Assembly: GCA_951406725.2 (NCBI GenBank)
Contig: OX597825.1
Span: 35,464,001 to 35,528,000, forward strand
Direction: 5' to 3'
Source: Octopus vulgaris
Lineage: Eukaryota
DNA length: 64,000 nucleotides
Within the stretch, counting starts at the first letter, position 1; each line of letters starts with the position of its first letter. Below are positions 18,043 through 30,387 of the stretch, one piece after another. The notes below the pieces were generated by a model. That model made no database searches, was not told the origin of the DNA, and worked only from the letters and a program-made list of their open reading frames with translations. A program made the position numbers and the translations under genes.

Positions 18043-18087
18043 TGTCGCTGAAGAGGTCAAAGATGTGTGACGAAAGATTTCCGGACA
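18043..18087 (+). ncRNA. Minimal type I hammerhead ribozyme-like motif
   Basis: tgtcg CTGAAGA g GTCA aagatgtg TGAC GAAA gatt TC cggaca: intact CUGANGA/GAAA core, stem II, quasi-palindromic stem III, UUC triplet, bulged stem I. Confidence 0.6.
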
Positions 18088-18438
18088 ATGGACAGACGTT
18101 AAAATAATAAAACAACAATAGTAAACGAGTGAAGAAAAAAATATAGTGCGTATCTTTATTTGGCAAAAAAAAATGATAAATAAATAAAATGACCATCCCG
18201 AAACACAACAATATCTATACATTTTCAAAATGTAACCACATGTGAATCGTTGGCGATTTTTTTCCTCCCGTCTTCCTTTTCTCTTGGACTTTCCTCTATC
18301 ACCTGTTTTTGAAGAAGAGCTTTGTTCGAAACGTAAAACCACCTTTCTTTCCTTCCATAAGCGTCTGCTAATACTTTACATGCACCACGTCCTCGTGTTG
18401 TTGCTTTTTGCGTTTGTTCTTCGTATTTTGGGGATTTA

Positions 18439-18475
<37 letters not shown>

Positions 18476-18609
18476 GCAAATACATTAAAAGAGTACAGTG
18501 GTATTACTATGGGAATGGAAAATTCAATGTTTCGGACATGTTCACTGTAATAAGACAAGTCTTGTCGATGCAGATCAACGCCAGATTTTTTTTAGTCTGC
18601 TTGATCATA

Positions 18610-18760
18610 GCACTGGCTGTGTTGTAAGAAGTTTGCTTGCCAACCACATAGTTCCGAGTTCAGTCCCACTGCGTGGCACCTTGAGAAAATGTTTTTCTGC
18701 CATAGCCTAAAACTGACCAAAGCCTTGTGAGAGGATTTGGTAACTGAAAGAAGCTCATCG

Positions 18761-18825
<65 letters not shown>

Positions 18826-18955
18826 TATGTATATATATGTATATATATATATATGCGTGTGTGCGCGCGCGTGCGACTTTGTATCTGTGTTTGTCCCTCA
18901 CCACTGCTTGCCAACCGCTGTTAGTGTGTTTACGTCCCCATAACTTAGCGTTTCA
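18610..18955 (+). mobile_element. SINE family B (tRNA head, CCTTGGGCAAG core, internal TA/TG microsatellite)
   Basis: TGGCTGTGT.GTAAGAAG..TGCTT.CCAACCACAT.GTTCCG.GTTCAGTCCCACTGCGTGGCACCTTG...CCAAAGCCTTGTGAG.GGATTTGGTA..CTGAAAGAAGC, then (TA)/(TG)n, then TTTACGTCCCC.TAACTTAGCG. Confidence 0.85.
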
Positions 18956-19065
18956 ATAAAATTCCGGTCAAAGTGCTTTACCTTTTAAGCTAAACTGCTT
19001 CACTGACAAATTCTTCTGCAATTTAGAATTTATAAACTCATCTAGAAACGCTAGATGAAATAGAA

Positions 19066-19438
19066 ATTACGTCATATGTAAACAAGCATAAGTTTGTTAT
19101 TTGAAGCGCTGAAGTGTATAGTAGTACAAGTAGAGGGATATATTTTTTTCTACGCATAAGTATTGATAGAACAGCATATATAGGATAAAATCCTTACTGA
19201 GCAGGAAAATATGTCAGTTTAGCTTAAACGGTAAAGCACTTCGACCGGAAATTGAAGGGATGTGAGTTCGAGTCTCATGGCTGGTTGCTGACTGCTTTTT
19301 CTGCTCTGTAAGGATTTTATCCTTTATTTACTGTTCTATCAGTACTTATGCGTTGAAAATAATATATCTTTCTACTTGTACTACAATACATTTCAGCATT
19401 TGAAAAACGAACTTATGTTTGTTTATATATAACGTAAT
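19066..19438. mobile_element. Fold-back element with ~140 bp inverted arms enclosing a tRNA-like unit
   Basis: 19066-19209 is an imperfect reverse complement of 19296-19438; the loop holds the tRNA-like sequence. Confidence 0.8.
19213..19286 (+). tRNA. tRNA-like cloverleaf (anticodon would read GGA, Ser), probably a pseudo-tRNA or Pol III head
   Basis: GTCAGTT TA GCTT AAACGGTA AAGC A CTTCGA CCGGAAA TTGAAG GGAT GTGAG TTCGAGT CTCAT GGCTGGT T. Has an A box, B box, D and T arms and TTTTT at 19296. Atypical: four G-U pairs in the acceptor stem, 6-bp anticodon stem, C33, no long variable arm. Confidence 0.55.
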
Positions 19439-20229
19439 ATATATATATGTGTGTGCGCGGGGGGAGGGGGTAGAATACATGAGTTACCTACATGCGAACT
19501 TGACATGTGCAAGCAGAAAATGGACGGAGTGCGGTGCTTTAGCTTGTATCTTCATACAATACACATTCTTTCTAGAAAGCGTAACTTTTAATTTTTTTTA
19601 CATGTGGTGCCATATATACTTTCTGTGAATCCTTTTGCTGGATTAGCATTTTACTTCTTTTGTTTTTTTTACAGAAACGTATGCATAAAATTTCCGTTCA
19701 AAATGCCTAGGAAAAGGATTAATGACATATATATGCATACATAAATGTATGTATTTTGATTTACTACGTGTAATTTCATTTAAATTCTTTTTATGTATTT
19801 ATATAAATGTGTGTGTGTGTGTGTGTCTGTGTGTGTGTGTGTGTGTGACACATATATGCTATGTTTCATTTTATGATTATTCGAGGTTTGCTTCTAAAGA
19901 AAAAGTTGGTTCATTGCTGAAGTTTAGATAACAAAATGTACGCGTAGATGTTGAATTTTAGAAAAGCATCGCATATTTTTATTATTTGCTTACAAATTAG
20001 TATTTGTAAAATATGTGCTTGGTGGTCACTTCCTTTGCTTGAAACCCCTGGTTTTCGAGATTTCCACTTGGATTCTTGCTATCATAATCATTAGTAATTA
20101 TTAATAATTGCTATCATAATGCATTAATAATTATGGGTATAACTGTGAATTTAAAATTAGCGTAGAGATGTTGTAGGCTTCGGAGTAATTTTCTTGCTCG
20201 TTTATTTTCAAAGAAATGTTCACGTCTGC

Positions 20230-20455
20230 AAGAAACGTTAGCACGCCGGGCGAAATGCTTAGCGGTATTTCGTCCGTCTTTACATTCTGAGTTCAAATTC
20301 CGCCGAGGTCGACTTAGCCTTTCATCCTTTCGGGGTCGATTAAATAGTTACCAGTTACGCACTGGGGTTGGGTTGATGTAATCGACTTCATCCCTTTGTC
20401 TGTCCTTGTTTGTCCCCTCTATGTTTAGCCCCTTGTGGGCAATAAAGAAATAAGA
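20230..20455 (+). mobile_element. SINE family A, well preserved
   Basis: GAAACGTTAGCACGCCGGGCGAAATG...GAGTTCAAATTCCGCCGAGGTCGAC...CCCCTTGTGGGCAATAAAGAAATA. Confidence 0.85.
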
Positions 20456-20462
20456 TAGCTGA

Positions 20463-20632
20463 CTACTGCTGTCTTAATGCGTGGGTATACCATGCAGTTG
20501 TCCGGGGGCCTCACGGATCCAAGTGTCCACTTCAGATCTATGTTTGTTGTAGCTTGCTATCATTAAATAAACACTTCAGGGCCCAGGACATTGATTTACC
20601 TGAGGGCCTATAATATTACTGAGACGGTTCTG
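20463..20632. mobile_element. Short hAT-like MITE
   Basis: Imperfect TIRs GCTGTCTTAATG / TACTGAGACGGTTCTG with internal GGGCCC/GGGGCC motifs. Confidence 0.4.
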
Positions 20633-23377
20633 CAACTGACTATGTAATTGTACGTAACTGTAAATAATTTTGTTCTTTGTTCCAAATAACTATGACATGC
20701 CTTTTATATTTTACACATAGTGGACGTTTTGATGGGAGTGTTCCACTAATATTCCTTGAGTAGATACATACGTATATACTTAACAAGAAAAATATTTTTT
20801 CATTATTTATCCCATAGCAATCTTTTTGCATTTATGTATGTATGTATGTATGTATGTATGTATGTATGTATGTATGTATGTATATATGTATGTATATATG
20901 TATGTATTTATGTGTGTATGTATGTATATCTTGTATGCATCAATCATTATCCTGCCCTCCCTTAACTTCATCTCCACAGCCGATACTGAGGAAGTATATT
21001 TCTGAAGCCAGCATGAAATAAGTTCAATATTATTAAATCATATTCATAAATAGAAGAATTATTAATTCGCCGTTTCCAGCTTCGACTACCACTCCCTTCG
21101 TCTCTTGTCCAATATTTCCATATTTTTGCATATTAAAAACCCTTTAAGCCGATCATCTTCGTGCACCCACTTTCACCAACCTCTCTCTGCGTACATGATA
21201 TTCTACATTTATCTACCATTAAAACAACAACAACAACTTTTTAGCTAATCAATGCCATATTTAGAAACGTATGCTTACCAGCACGGGAGCCAACAATATT
21301 CATGTCTCCCGTAGCTTATTGTTGAAATGGATTTGATATAGAGTTTCGATGGCCGAGCCTCCTGGTCACAAATTCATTATTAAGTGGAATATATTGCAAT
21401 ACCAAAGATAGAATGAGTTTCCTATTCATTTTAGAAAATAATCTATTTTTATTTTAATGTTAATAAAATCTGTCTAAAATAATTATTTTATCTGCTGTAT
21501 ATTTTATGATTTTTAGAAAAAAAATTACATATTTCTAATTTTATATATTGCTTCGTTGCAACAACTGTCAATCGCAATGTCTTCGATAAATATTCCGCCA
21601 AAGGAATAGAAGCGTTTTTATTTAACTCTGCCAGGTCTCGCTGCTATTTAATAATGGTCTAAAGAGAGAAAATAGAGAATATTGATGTGTGTTATTACCA
21701 ATAATCAACGATGAATGGATTTAAAGACCCAATTTTCGATAACGTGACAATCTTTAAATATAATGACTTTAGATATTGATTTCTAACATTAGCACATGAC
21801 TAGAAATTTAGAGGAAAAGAATAGTCGATAAAATAAGATAAAGCACCAGTACGTTACAGGTACTTAATTTATAACTCTTGAAGAATGACGGGTAATGTTT
21901 AACATTAGCACACTACAGAGCGGAGGATTGGTAAAACTGGCTGTGTGACGGATAAAATTCATTGCGTTCAAACCTCATACTGGTCAGCTTTATCTTCCAT
22001 CCTCCAGAGGTTAAATGAAGTACCAATCAAATACAGGAGTCACTATAACTGACAATAACTTCCTCCACTCCCTTATTTCTATGTTGAAAATAAATATTGT
22101 CACAATATGTGAATCCATGGTAAATGCTCTCATCCCCCAGTAGTGTGTCACTGTTAGAACATTCATCTGCCAACTTCTTGTAAGAGGGTTGGGGAACAGG
22201 AAATCTATTCGATCATAGTATATGACTGGTACTTACTTTATTTTTATCAACCCAGAAAGAAAGGTAAAGTCGACGTCAGCAGGATTTGAAAAAAGAAGCC
22301 ATGACCTAGGTCAGATTCATTACCATATCTACCACCTATCGTCTTTGGTAGAACCAATAATAACGATACATCATATTGACTCACAATCTCAAATTTGGAA
22401 GAAGAAATGTATTCAATTGAATCTGCCTTTGCATATGACAAGTCAACCTCTGGAATTTTAGCTCATATAGGTAGTTGGGTTCAAATAGAATGGGATAATT
22501 CTACCCAGTACGTTACTGCTTCTATCACTAGATTTTACTCGAAAGAGAGAGGAAAAGATAACGTCAAACACAGCGGCATTTGGGCCCAAGGCAGAGAAGA
22601 GCGCATAGAAATCGCGCAAGTTGTTGTTTCTTATGGCTGTTGTTTAGCTACAGGTAATCCTGAAAAGTGTATATCTGTGATGACCCTTTATTTATTGATT
22701 AAAATTTTTTTTTCTGTCCATGCATCTAAGACAATTCTATTCTATCTACATAGGGTGATATGTGAGTGATTTGGCTGCTATTTTTAGGAAGCAGAGTGTC
22801 TTTATGCCGACTCTTTCCTGTTTCTGTCACTTCAGTGACTTCTAGAGAGCTAACAGTAATTTTTACCAACGCAGACAATCACTAATTCCTTGGATTCTGT
22901 TTTTTTTTTTTTTTTCCTTTTCTTTTTTATACTAAACTGTATTGCTACTACTTCTAATTATTGATCTCGTCTAACATAAATCACTCATATATGAAACGGT
23001 AGCGTCACTTCCTGTTAGGAATTTAGTTAAAGTAGGATAAGGCAGCCGTTATTCGATTGAAATACAATACACAATGGAGAAATCATTTCGTTCTTTCTTG
23101 TTAGTCGCTTTATTTGGAGCTTGTGATTTCACACTGACGGCCTTTCAGCAACAGTCACTGACTGTGTTCCTGACAGAATATCAGAATATCAGCATATCGA
23201 AATACAGAATGAATGACTAGAAAAGATGTTTAGTGGAACAATAAGGGAATGTGCTTGGCTTACTAATTAGAGTGCAGGGTTTATGATCGTTAGGTTGTGG
23301 CTTTGATTTTCGGACAGGTTGACGCATCGAGTCATTCAGGAAGAAAACTTCATTTCACGTTGCTCCTAAAAAGGAGT

Positions 23378-23608
23378 ATCTATTTCTTTATTACCTACAA
23401 GGGGCTAAACATAGAGGGGGCAAACAAGGACAGACATAGGTATTAAGTCGATTACATCGACCCCAGTGCGTAACTGGTACTTAATTTATCGACCCCGAAA
23501 GGATGAAGGGCAAAGTCGACCTCGGCGGAATTTGAACTCACAACGTAACGACAGACGAAATACGGCTACGCATTTCGCCCGGCGTGCTAACGTTTCTGCC
23601 AGCTCGCC
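23378..23608 (-). mobile_element. SINE family A, young copy
   Basis: Reverse complement of family A; near-identical to 37918-38147. Confidence 0.88.
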
Positions 23609-24905
23609 AGGAGTATTTGTAGCACCTGGGGATTAACTCTCGACGAACTAGAAACCGGATATGAGTTAGAGTTGCAAGTCTAGTACTGTTAGTTTAAATA
23701 CCCTGAAAATCCCGATTGTAATACCAATTTCAGGAGCCTTGTTGGAGATATTATCAATAACAAACCTATTTTTGTCATTGTTGGTGCGTAACCAAAATTC
23801 AGCTTCGATCGAGCTAGATCTCTGACGCGTAGGTTTAAAATCAAAGAGAAGTATTGACTGTGACCCACCAGTCTATTGATAGATATACACCACACCCTCA
23901 ACTATCAAACGACTTAGATGTTCTTTGGCTCGCAGTTATAAAGTGAATGATGAATGGGATTGCAGGGGTCTTGACATGTAAACTTTTATGACAAATCCAC
24001 AGATGACAAAACGTTCAGTCATATGATTACCGGCTGTGAACTATATTTTAAAGAATACGTGGTCTTCTTTATCATTAAACAATAAGAAATAAATACAATT
24101 ACTTCTCTCTCATTCTCTCTCGCTCTCTCTCTCTCCATATATATATATATATATATGCACACACACACGCCCCCCCCCCGCGCACATACACACACACACA
24201 TACATATATATTTAATTAAAATTTATAGAAAAACAAAAGACGAAGACAGGTGTGTGAACAACAAGCAGATGTATTAGTTTGATGTTCGAGAAAGTGAAAA
24301 AGCCTTTTACGTTTTCAGCCTACGCTCTTCAGCAGAAAGGAACACGAGAAAATAAAAATAAGAGAGAATAAAAAAAGAACTTGTGGATTCAGCAGTGAAG
24401 TATGGCGACTGAATGGAAAAAAAGTTGAGAACACAGATTTAGTGGTAAGACGTTTTGACGTCTATTTTTAGCATACAAGGGATCCACATAATGATCTCTC
24501 ATATTATTTATATTTAAATAGAATTCACGGTCCTCGGTCGTTTTTAAGTATGCTGACCACGAGTTGAAATTGATATTATTTAATATCATTTAATAATATT
24601 AATTTCTACTCTTATTATATATCTACACGTAACATATATACAAACTAGATATATATCCAGTGTGTGTGTGTGTGTGTGTGTGTGTTCACGTGTGTGTTCA
24701 TGTGTGTATGTTTATATCAGGTCGCTATGGCGTGAAACTCGAGTTGGAGGATACCTTCAAATTCAGCTTCAATAAAAAAAAACTACTATATCCTCCACAT
24801 GTATTGGGCACACCTTTCTCATTTGTTCCACATAAATCAACGTACGCGCGCGCGTGCATGCATATACACACACACCCATATATATATATATCCCAAATTT
24901 GTAAT

Positions 24906-24956
<51 letters not shown>

Positions 24957-26621
24957 ATATATATATATATGTATATATATAAACCATTGTATAATTTATG
25001 TGAAGAGTTAAAATGTACATTTCAATCAATATTCAGCTAAGTACATCCTGTCTCTGTTTTAACGAAATACAGATGTAATGAAAGCATCATAGCAGCTAAT
25101 TACTTTTGATGCGCATGCCAGAGGAACAGATAAAAAAAAAAGGAGAGAGGAATAGAGGGGTAAAAAGAAAAGAGAACGAGTTACATTGCTAATTATCATA
25201 AATAGATAGCAAAAGATTTCCGTAATGGGTCAATGACACGCTAAAATTACTGAAGTTCTTGCAGAAGGAGATACTATATGGAATAGATGCCATGTGGAAT
25301 ACAGCCAAATATATTGTCAAACTATAATAGCCACCAATAATGACTGTTATATTGAATCAACTAAGACGCAAAATTCTTTACTGCACTTCTGGCTTTGCTT
25401 TCTGAGTTCAAATTCCGCCAGGATCAACTATGCCTTTGATCCTTTCGTAGTAGATAAAGTAGGAATCAGTTTAAAACTGGGATTGATGTATTCGACTAGC
25501 TCCCTCCCCAACAAAATTTCAGGACTGGTACCTATAGTCGAAAAAATTATATTGGATCATCTGAACCCTGGCCAAGAAGATAAAGGGAAACATAAGTACG
25601 GGGTCACACACTTTTGCAAGGTGCGATTGAATCAATCGATTATATTGAACTCACTTCTTCACTTATACTTTATTTCATTGATTTTAGCGGGATGAAAAGC
25701 TGAGTTGACTCCAGCAGGATGAAAGGCAAAGTTGACTCCGGCAGATTTTTTTACAATAACAGAAGGGTAAATAACTTAAATATTGCAAAATATTCTGTCG
25801 GCCGCTCTAAAGATTTTGTTATCTGCTGATAATCACCAGTAATTCTAATTATGGTTGAACAAATAATCGATTCTCTCTATTTCGGTCTTTGATTGGTACT
25901 CGTTTTATCAATTTCCGGAAGGCTAACACACACCAAGGCGAGCTTTGTGGTAGGATTTGAACTTAGAAGAAAAAGAAGATTTGACGAAACACAGCTGAAT
26001 ATTTTATCCCACCCTCTGCTGATTTTGATACATTAATGATAATAGCAATAATTATTCTTTCTGCTATAGACACAAGGCCTGAAATTACATCGACCCTCGA
26101 AAGGATGAAAGGCAAAGTCGACCACGGCGAAATTTGAACTCTGAACTAAATGACGGATGGAATGCTGCAATAGATTGTGGTGTTCTCAAGTTAAAGCCAT
26201 CTACTGAAGACTCTGTTCAGAAGGCTGTAATATCATTTGATAAAGGAACACGGTACAATAAATTCTAAAGAACGAGGCTGTAGCTTTAAATACATTTACT
26301 CTGGGTCTCAAACATCCACAAATTGAATGATAAGGTAAAGAGTTTGATGAATGGAGGCAATGTTCATCTTCTATGTACTACTTCATGTCTACTCGCTGTC
26401 TGCGTGTATACCAGAGCCAACTAGGTCATGTCTTCACGGTCTGGCGTCTGACGAGAAAAAAGGAAGTGCCAAAGCTTAGTGTCAGAACCTAACCGCTCTT
26501 GCGCCATCGAGTTGCGAGCTTGTTTAAACAACCGCTGTCAAGGGAGGTAACTGCGCCTACACTGCTAAGTATTTTGCCGGGCGTGCTAACGATTATAAAA
26601 GTTCTCCGCTTTGATAATAAC

Positions 26622-26834
26622 TCTTTCTATTATAGGCACAAGGCCTGAAATTTCGGGGATGGGAATAAGTCGATTAAATCAACCCCAGTACTCAAATGGT
26701 ACTCGTTTTATCGACTCCCAAAAGGGTGAAAGGCAAAGTCGACCTCGGCGGAATTTGAACTCAGATCGTAAGGACGGACGAAATGCCGCTAAGCAGTGTG
26801 CCCGGCGCGGTAACGATTCTGCCAGCTCACCCCT

Positions 26835-26835
<1 letters not shown>
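26622..26835 (-). mobile_element. SINE family A
   Basis: Same core motifs; abuts (AAT)n at 26836. More degraded copies at ~25390-25550 (+), 26055-26168 (-), 39705-39915 (-) and 44255-44350 (+). Confidence 0.8.
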
Positions 26836-26898
<63 letters not shown>

Positions 26899-26932
26899 TA
26901 ATAATAATAATAGCAATAATAATTATCATAAT

Positions 26933-28341
26933 TGCCTTTGCACAGCTTCTAACGCTGGAAATGTACTACAGTGTCAGCTGTTCACTACCAGTGAACTAAA
27001 GTAACACCTCTTATTTTTCGAGCACCTTCCGGAGTATTCGAGCCATTCCAAGCAGTGCTGTTTTCTGCAAGTGCTCTACTCTTATTGCAGCCCCTATTTG
27101 TTCCACGTATTTCTCGAGACTTTTGCTCACTGTTCCCAGGGCTCAGACAATTATTGATATTACTGCTACCTTTTTCATCGACCACAACTGCTTAACTTCT
27201 CAAGCTAACCTATTATATCTCTCACCTTTTCTTTCTTCCTTACCGCATACCTTGTTGTCAGCTGGGCATGCTATATCTATGATCCAGCATAGTTTGTTAT
27301 ATTCTCAATTAAGACTATATCCGGATTACTATTCTCTATCTCATGGTCGCACTGAATCATAAATTCCCATAGGATCTTTGCATTTCTATTTTCGACGATG
27401 CCTTCCGGTTTGTGGTCATACCAATTTTTCGCAGAGTGTCCAATGAACAAGCCTGGCTATATTATCGTGGCGTCTCTTATATTTATTCTGGGCTTGTGAC
27501 GTACATTGGCTGATAATATGCCATACGGTTTCACCGTTTTGTCCACAGATTCTGCACTTATCACTTTCTGCTGTGTTGTCTATTCTGTATTTTATGTAAT
27601 TTGTTCTTAGCGCTTGCTCTTGAGCAGTACAGATTAGAGCTTCCGTTTCCGGTTTTAAATGACTTTTAGTCATCCACAGCCATCTTTCTCTCTGTCTGTC
27701 TTATCTTCAACATCCCTATGAAATTTTCCATGCATTCTTTTCTTTACCCACCTGTTTTCAGTTTCATTAGTTTTCAATTTCTTGTATAGTGCTTTATCAT
27801 TGCAATATTTCATCCTACACAAGCCTGACCTTCGTACTTCTAATAATAGCGGTTCTGTGGCATTTTTTACATACCATGCTATGTTGTTTTCTTCTGCTCT
27901 AATGCTGTGTTCTCATCCAATAAGCCCTCTTCCCTCTCTTTTTCTTGGTACATACAGTCTGTCTGTGTCACTTTTGGGGTGGAGTGACCCATATCTAGTT
28001 AGCAACTTCCTTGTCTTTCTGTCTAAGCTGTTTAGTTTGTCTACTGTCCATGTGATTACCCCTGTTCCATATCTAAGGAGTGAAACCGCCCAGGGGTTGA
28101 TAGCTTCGATCTTATTCCGTCCATTTAATTTCGATTTAAGGATCAGTCTCAGTCAGCGCAAGTACACCAGCTTAAATTTTTCTGTCATTTCTTTCTCCAT
28201 TCATTTATCCATTTTCAAAATCCCGAAGTACTTTTATACCGTCTCTTCTATCTGTTTCCTAATCTTCCCCGACAGTATCGTTAGCCCGTCCATACATTTG
28301 ATTTTGCCTCTCTTCAAAACTAACACACTACACTTTCTCAG
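26933..28341 (-). mobile_element. R4/Dong-like LINE, 5'-truncated 3' end
   Basis: KYFG motif near 28230, LKPETEALICTAQEQALRTN, CCHC knuckle CRICGQNGETVWHIISQC, RHDNIA, and a PD...D restriction-like endonuclease (NPDIVLIE...IIDIACP) in broken frames; TAA/TTA repeats on both flanks. Confidence 0.88.
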
Positions 28342-28343
28342 TC

Positions 28344-28404
<61 letters not shown>

Positions 28405-28829
28405 CTTTTTCATTTTGGCATGAAGGTTTCAGAAAGAATCCTAAATACAATCACAATATTTAGAGAGAGAATTTCTTAAATTAGAAATGATCAATTTTTA
28501 TTTTTTTTAAATCTTTAAAATAAACCAGAATGACAAATCTTTTGAAAAGACCAGTTCGTATTGTGTAAACACTTTCACTCTTTACAGCTTTTGTAGAACA
28601 CATATTATAGGGTTATTTGTAAATTGTGAAAGCGCGACACCATACGGCCAATTCTTTCTAAAAGATTTATGTCAATTTTTTTCGATACTTTTATATAATT
28701 AATGGTATTTTGATTTTTAATGTAAGAAAATCCTCCTTCATATATATCTGCACGCGCGCACGTGTGTGTATTCATTCTACAAATGGTTTTAGTCAGAGGC
28801 TATGGTTATGCTGAAGTAAAAAGGCAGTG

Positions 28830-29250
28830 CTTTTGCATGTTGATCTTGTTAAAGTTACGCTTAAACTGTCGGAGGTCAACACCAGCAGGAAAGATGCAAC
28901 AAGGGTGGCCAGAGTTGGAAAGACGAGTGGATCGGGAGAAGGCATGAAAACAGCCAGTTCCGAGTACAGAGGTCCTTACTGCAGCGAAAGAAAAAAAACA
29001 GGGAGAGAGTACAGCACCTCTTGCCCAGGTGAAGCGCGTCAGTAATTTCAAGCCAATGAGTCTCGCAGCATTTCACTCGATACGATTCAGGATATCTTTG
29101 TATGTAGCAGCAACAACATCGCAGGTTTAGAGGCAGTATTGTGATGTGTTCTTTACTTGAGCCTTGTAGGGTGTCGGCGACTGCTGTGGGCTGAATTCAC
29201 TCCGAAGAGATCCGCAAGATGAAATTAGGTCCAATATTCTGAGCAATCGT
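28830..29250 (-). pseudogene. CR1/L2-group LINE ORF2 3' fragment
   Basis: Degraded LYKAQV...QYC, DILNRIE*NAARLIG, and RTS.......F.RSTRLSNS.HP..FPAGVDLRQFKRNFNK, resembling the CR1-type C-terminus (SFF.R...WN.LP...FP...DL..FK..IN). Confidence 0.65.
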
Positions 29251-29559
29251 AAGAGCTGTAACTAATACATGCCTATATGCCTATATATATATATATATAA
29301 AGGGAAAGTTTACGAAAATAAACAAAAGACGAAAGCAGGTGGAGTACAAACAAACAAATGTATTAGTATAGCGCTCAGGAATAGAAAAAGTCTTTTATGT
29401 TTCGAGCCTACGCTCTTCGACAGAAAGATACACAGAAAAAAAACAAGGAGGGAAACAAGGAGAGAAAAAAAGGAGAGAAAAAAGGAGAGAAAAAAATGCG
29501 TGTAGGAGCTAACGATCTATCATGGCGTCCTGACTTCGGACAATATATATATGTATATA

Positions 29560-30170
29560 TAATCAAAATAAGCAACAAGGATATCCAAAGGTAATACAGT
29601 ACAATCGTTTCATGCAACTCTATTTAATCGAACAATGCAATCATTACATCAATTTAAAATGTAGAGCAAACTTCAGCTGCACAAAGACATAGAATTTAAT
29701 TAAATCAGAACAGATGGTCACATTAGTATAATTATACCTAAAATATCCAAGAAGTTAAGGAGATAGACAAAGAATATATTGTATCTACAACAGCATAGTC
29801 GTAACTAAAATTTTCAAGGAAACACAACCTGTCACTGATTTTTTTTATGGGATCAGTTTTAATTTATAGACTAGTTTATCAAATCCCGTGTTTATTTAAG
29901 ACTGAGAGAAACAAAGGGCCGTAATTGTTTGGGGTAGAGTTGAGGGAGTAGACAGACATTCTAGATGCTATAGTCATAAAAATCAAGATTTATTAGAAGC
30001 AATGTCATGAGGTTTAGTAAAGGAAAGCTTAAAACAAGATGTTAGCTGATAATTAAGGGGTTGCCCATTAGCAAATGGATGTAATAATAGCATTGTTCAA
30101 TTAAATGGAGTTACATGAAACGATCGTACTGCATTACCTCTGGATATCCTTGTTGATTATTTTGATTTTA
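29560..30170. repeat. ~95 bp inverted repeat pair with ~420 bp spacer
   Basis: AATCAAAATAAGCAACAAGGATATCCAAAGGTAAT...ACAATG (29560-29650) vs CATTGT...ATTACCTCTGGATATCCTTGTTGATTATTTTGATT (30078-30168). Confidence 0.85.
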
Positions 30171-30248
30171 ATCACTATATTTTGAAATTGTATAGATGAT
30201 ACCATTCTAAATTCTGGTGCTTCAACTTAAGTACCATATTCATCTGAA

Positions 30249-30286
<38 letters not shown>

Positions 30287-30387
30287 TTAGAGACAAAACC
30301 ACTATTATGCAAATCAAACAAAGAAAGACTTAATCCAATACATAAAAAATTTTATATAAATTAAATAAATAAATAAAATTAAGTTAT

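Noticed and set aside
22395-22769. 124 aa ORF (MEEEMYSIESAF...)
   Set aside because: Non-ATG start, runs through a degraded SINE A fragment, and no recognisable domain or splice context.
27782-28423. 213 aa plus-strand ORF
   Set aside because: Antisense of the R4/Dong-like LINE plus a (TTA)n tract.
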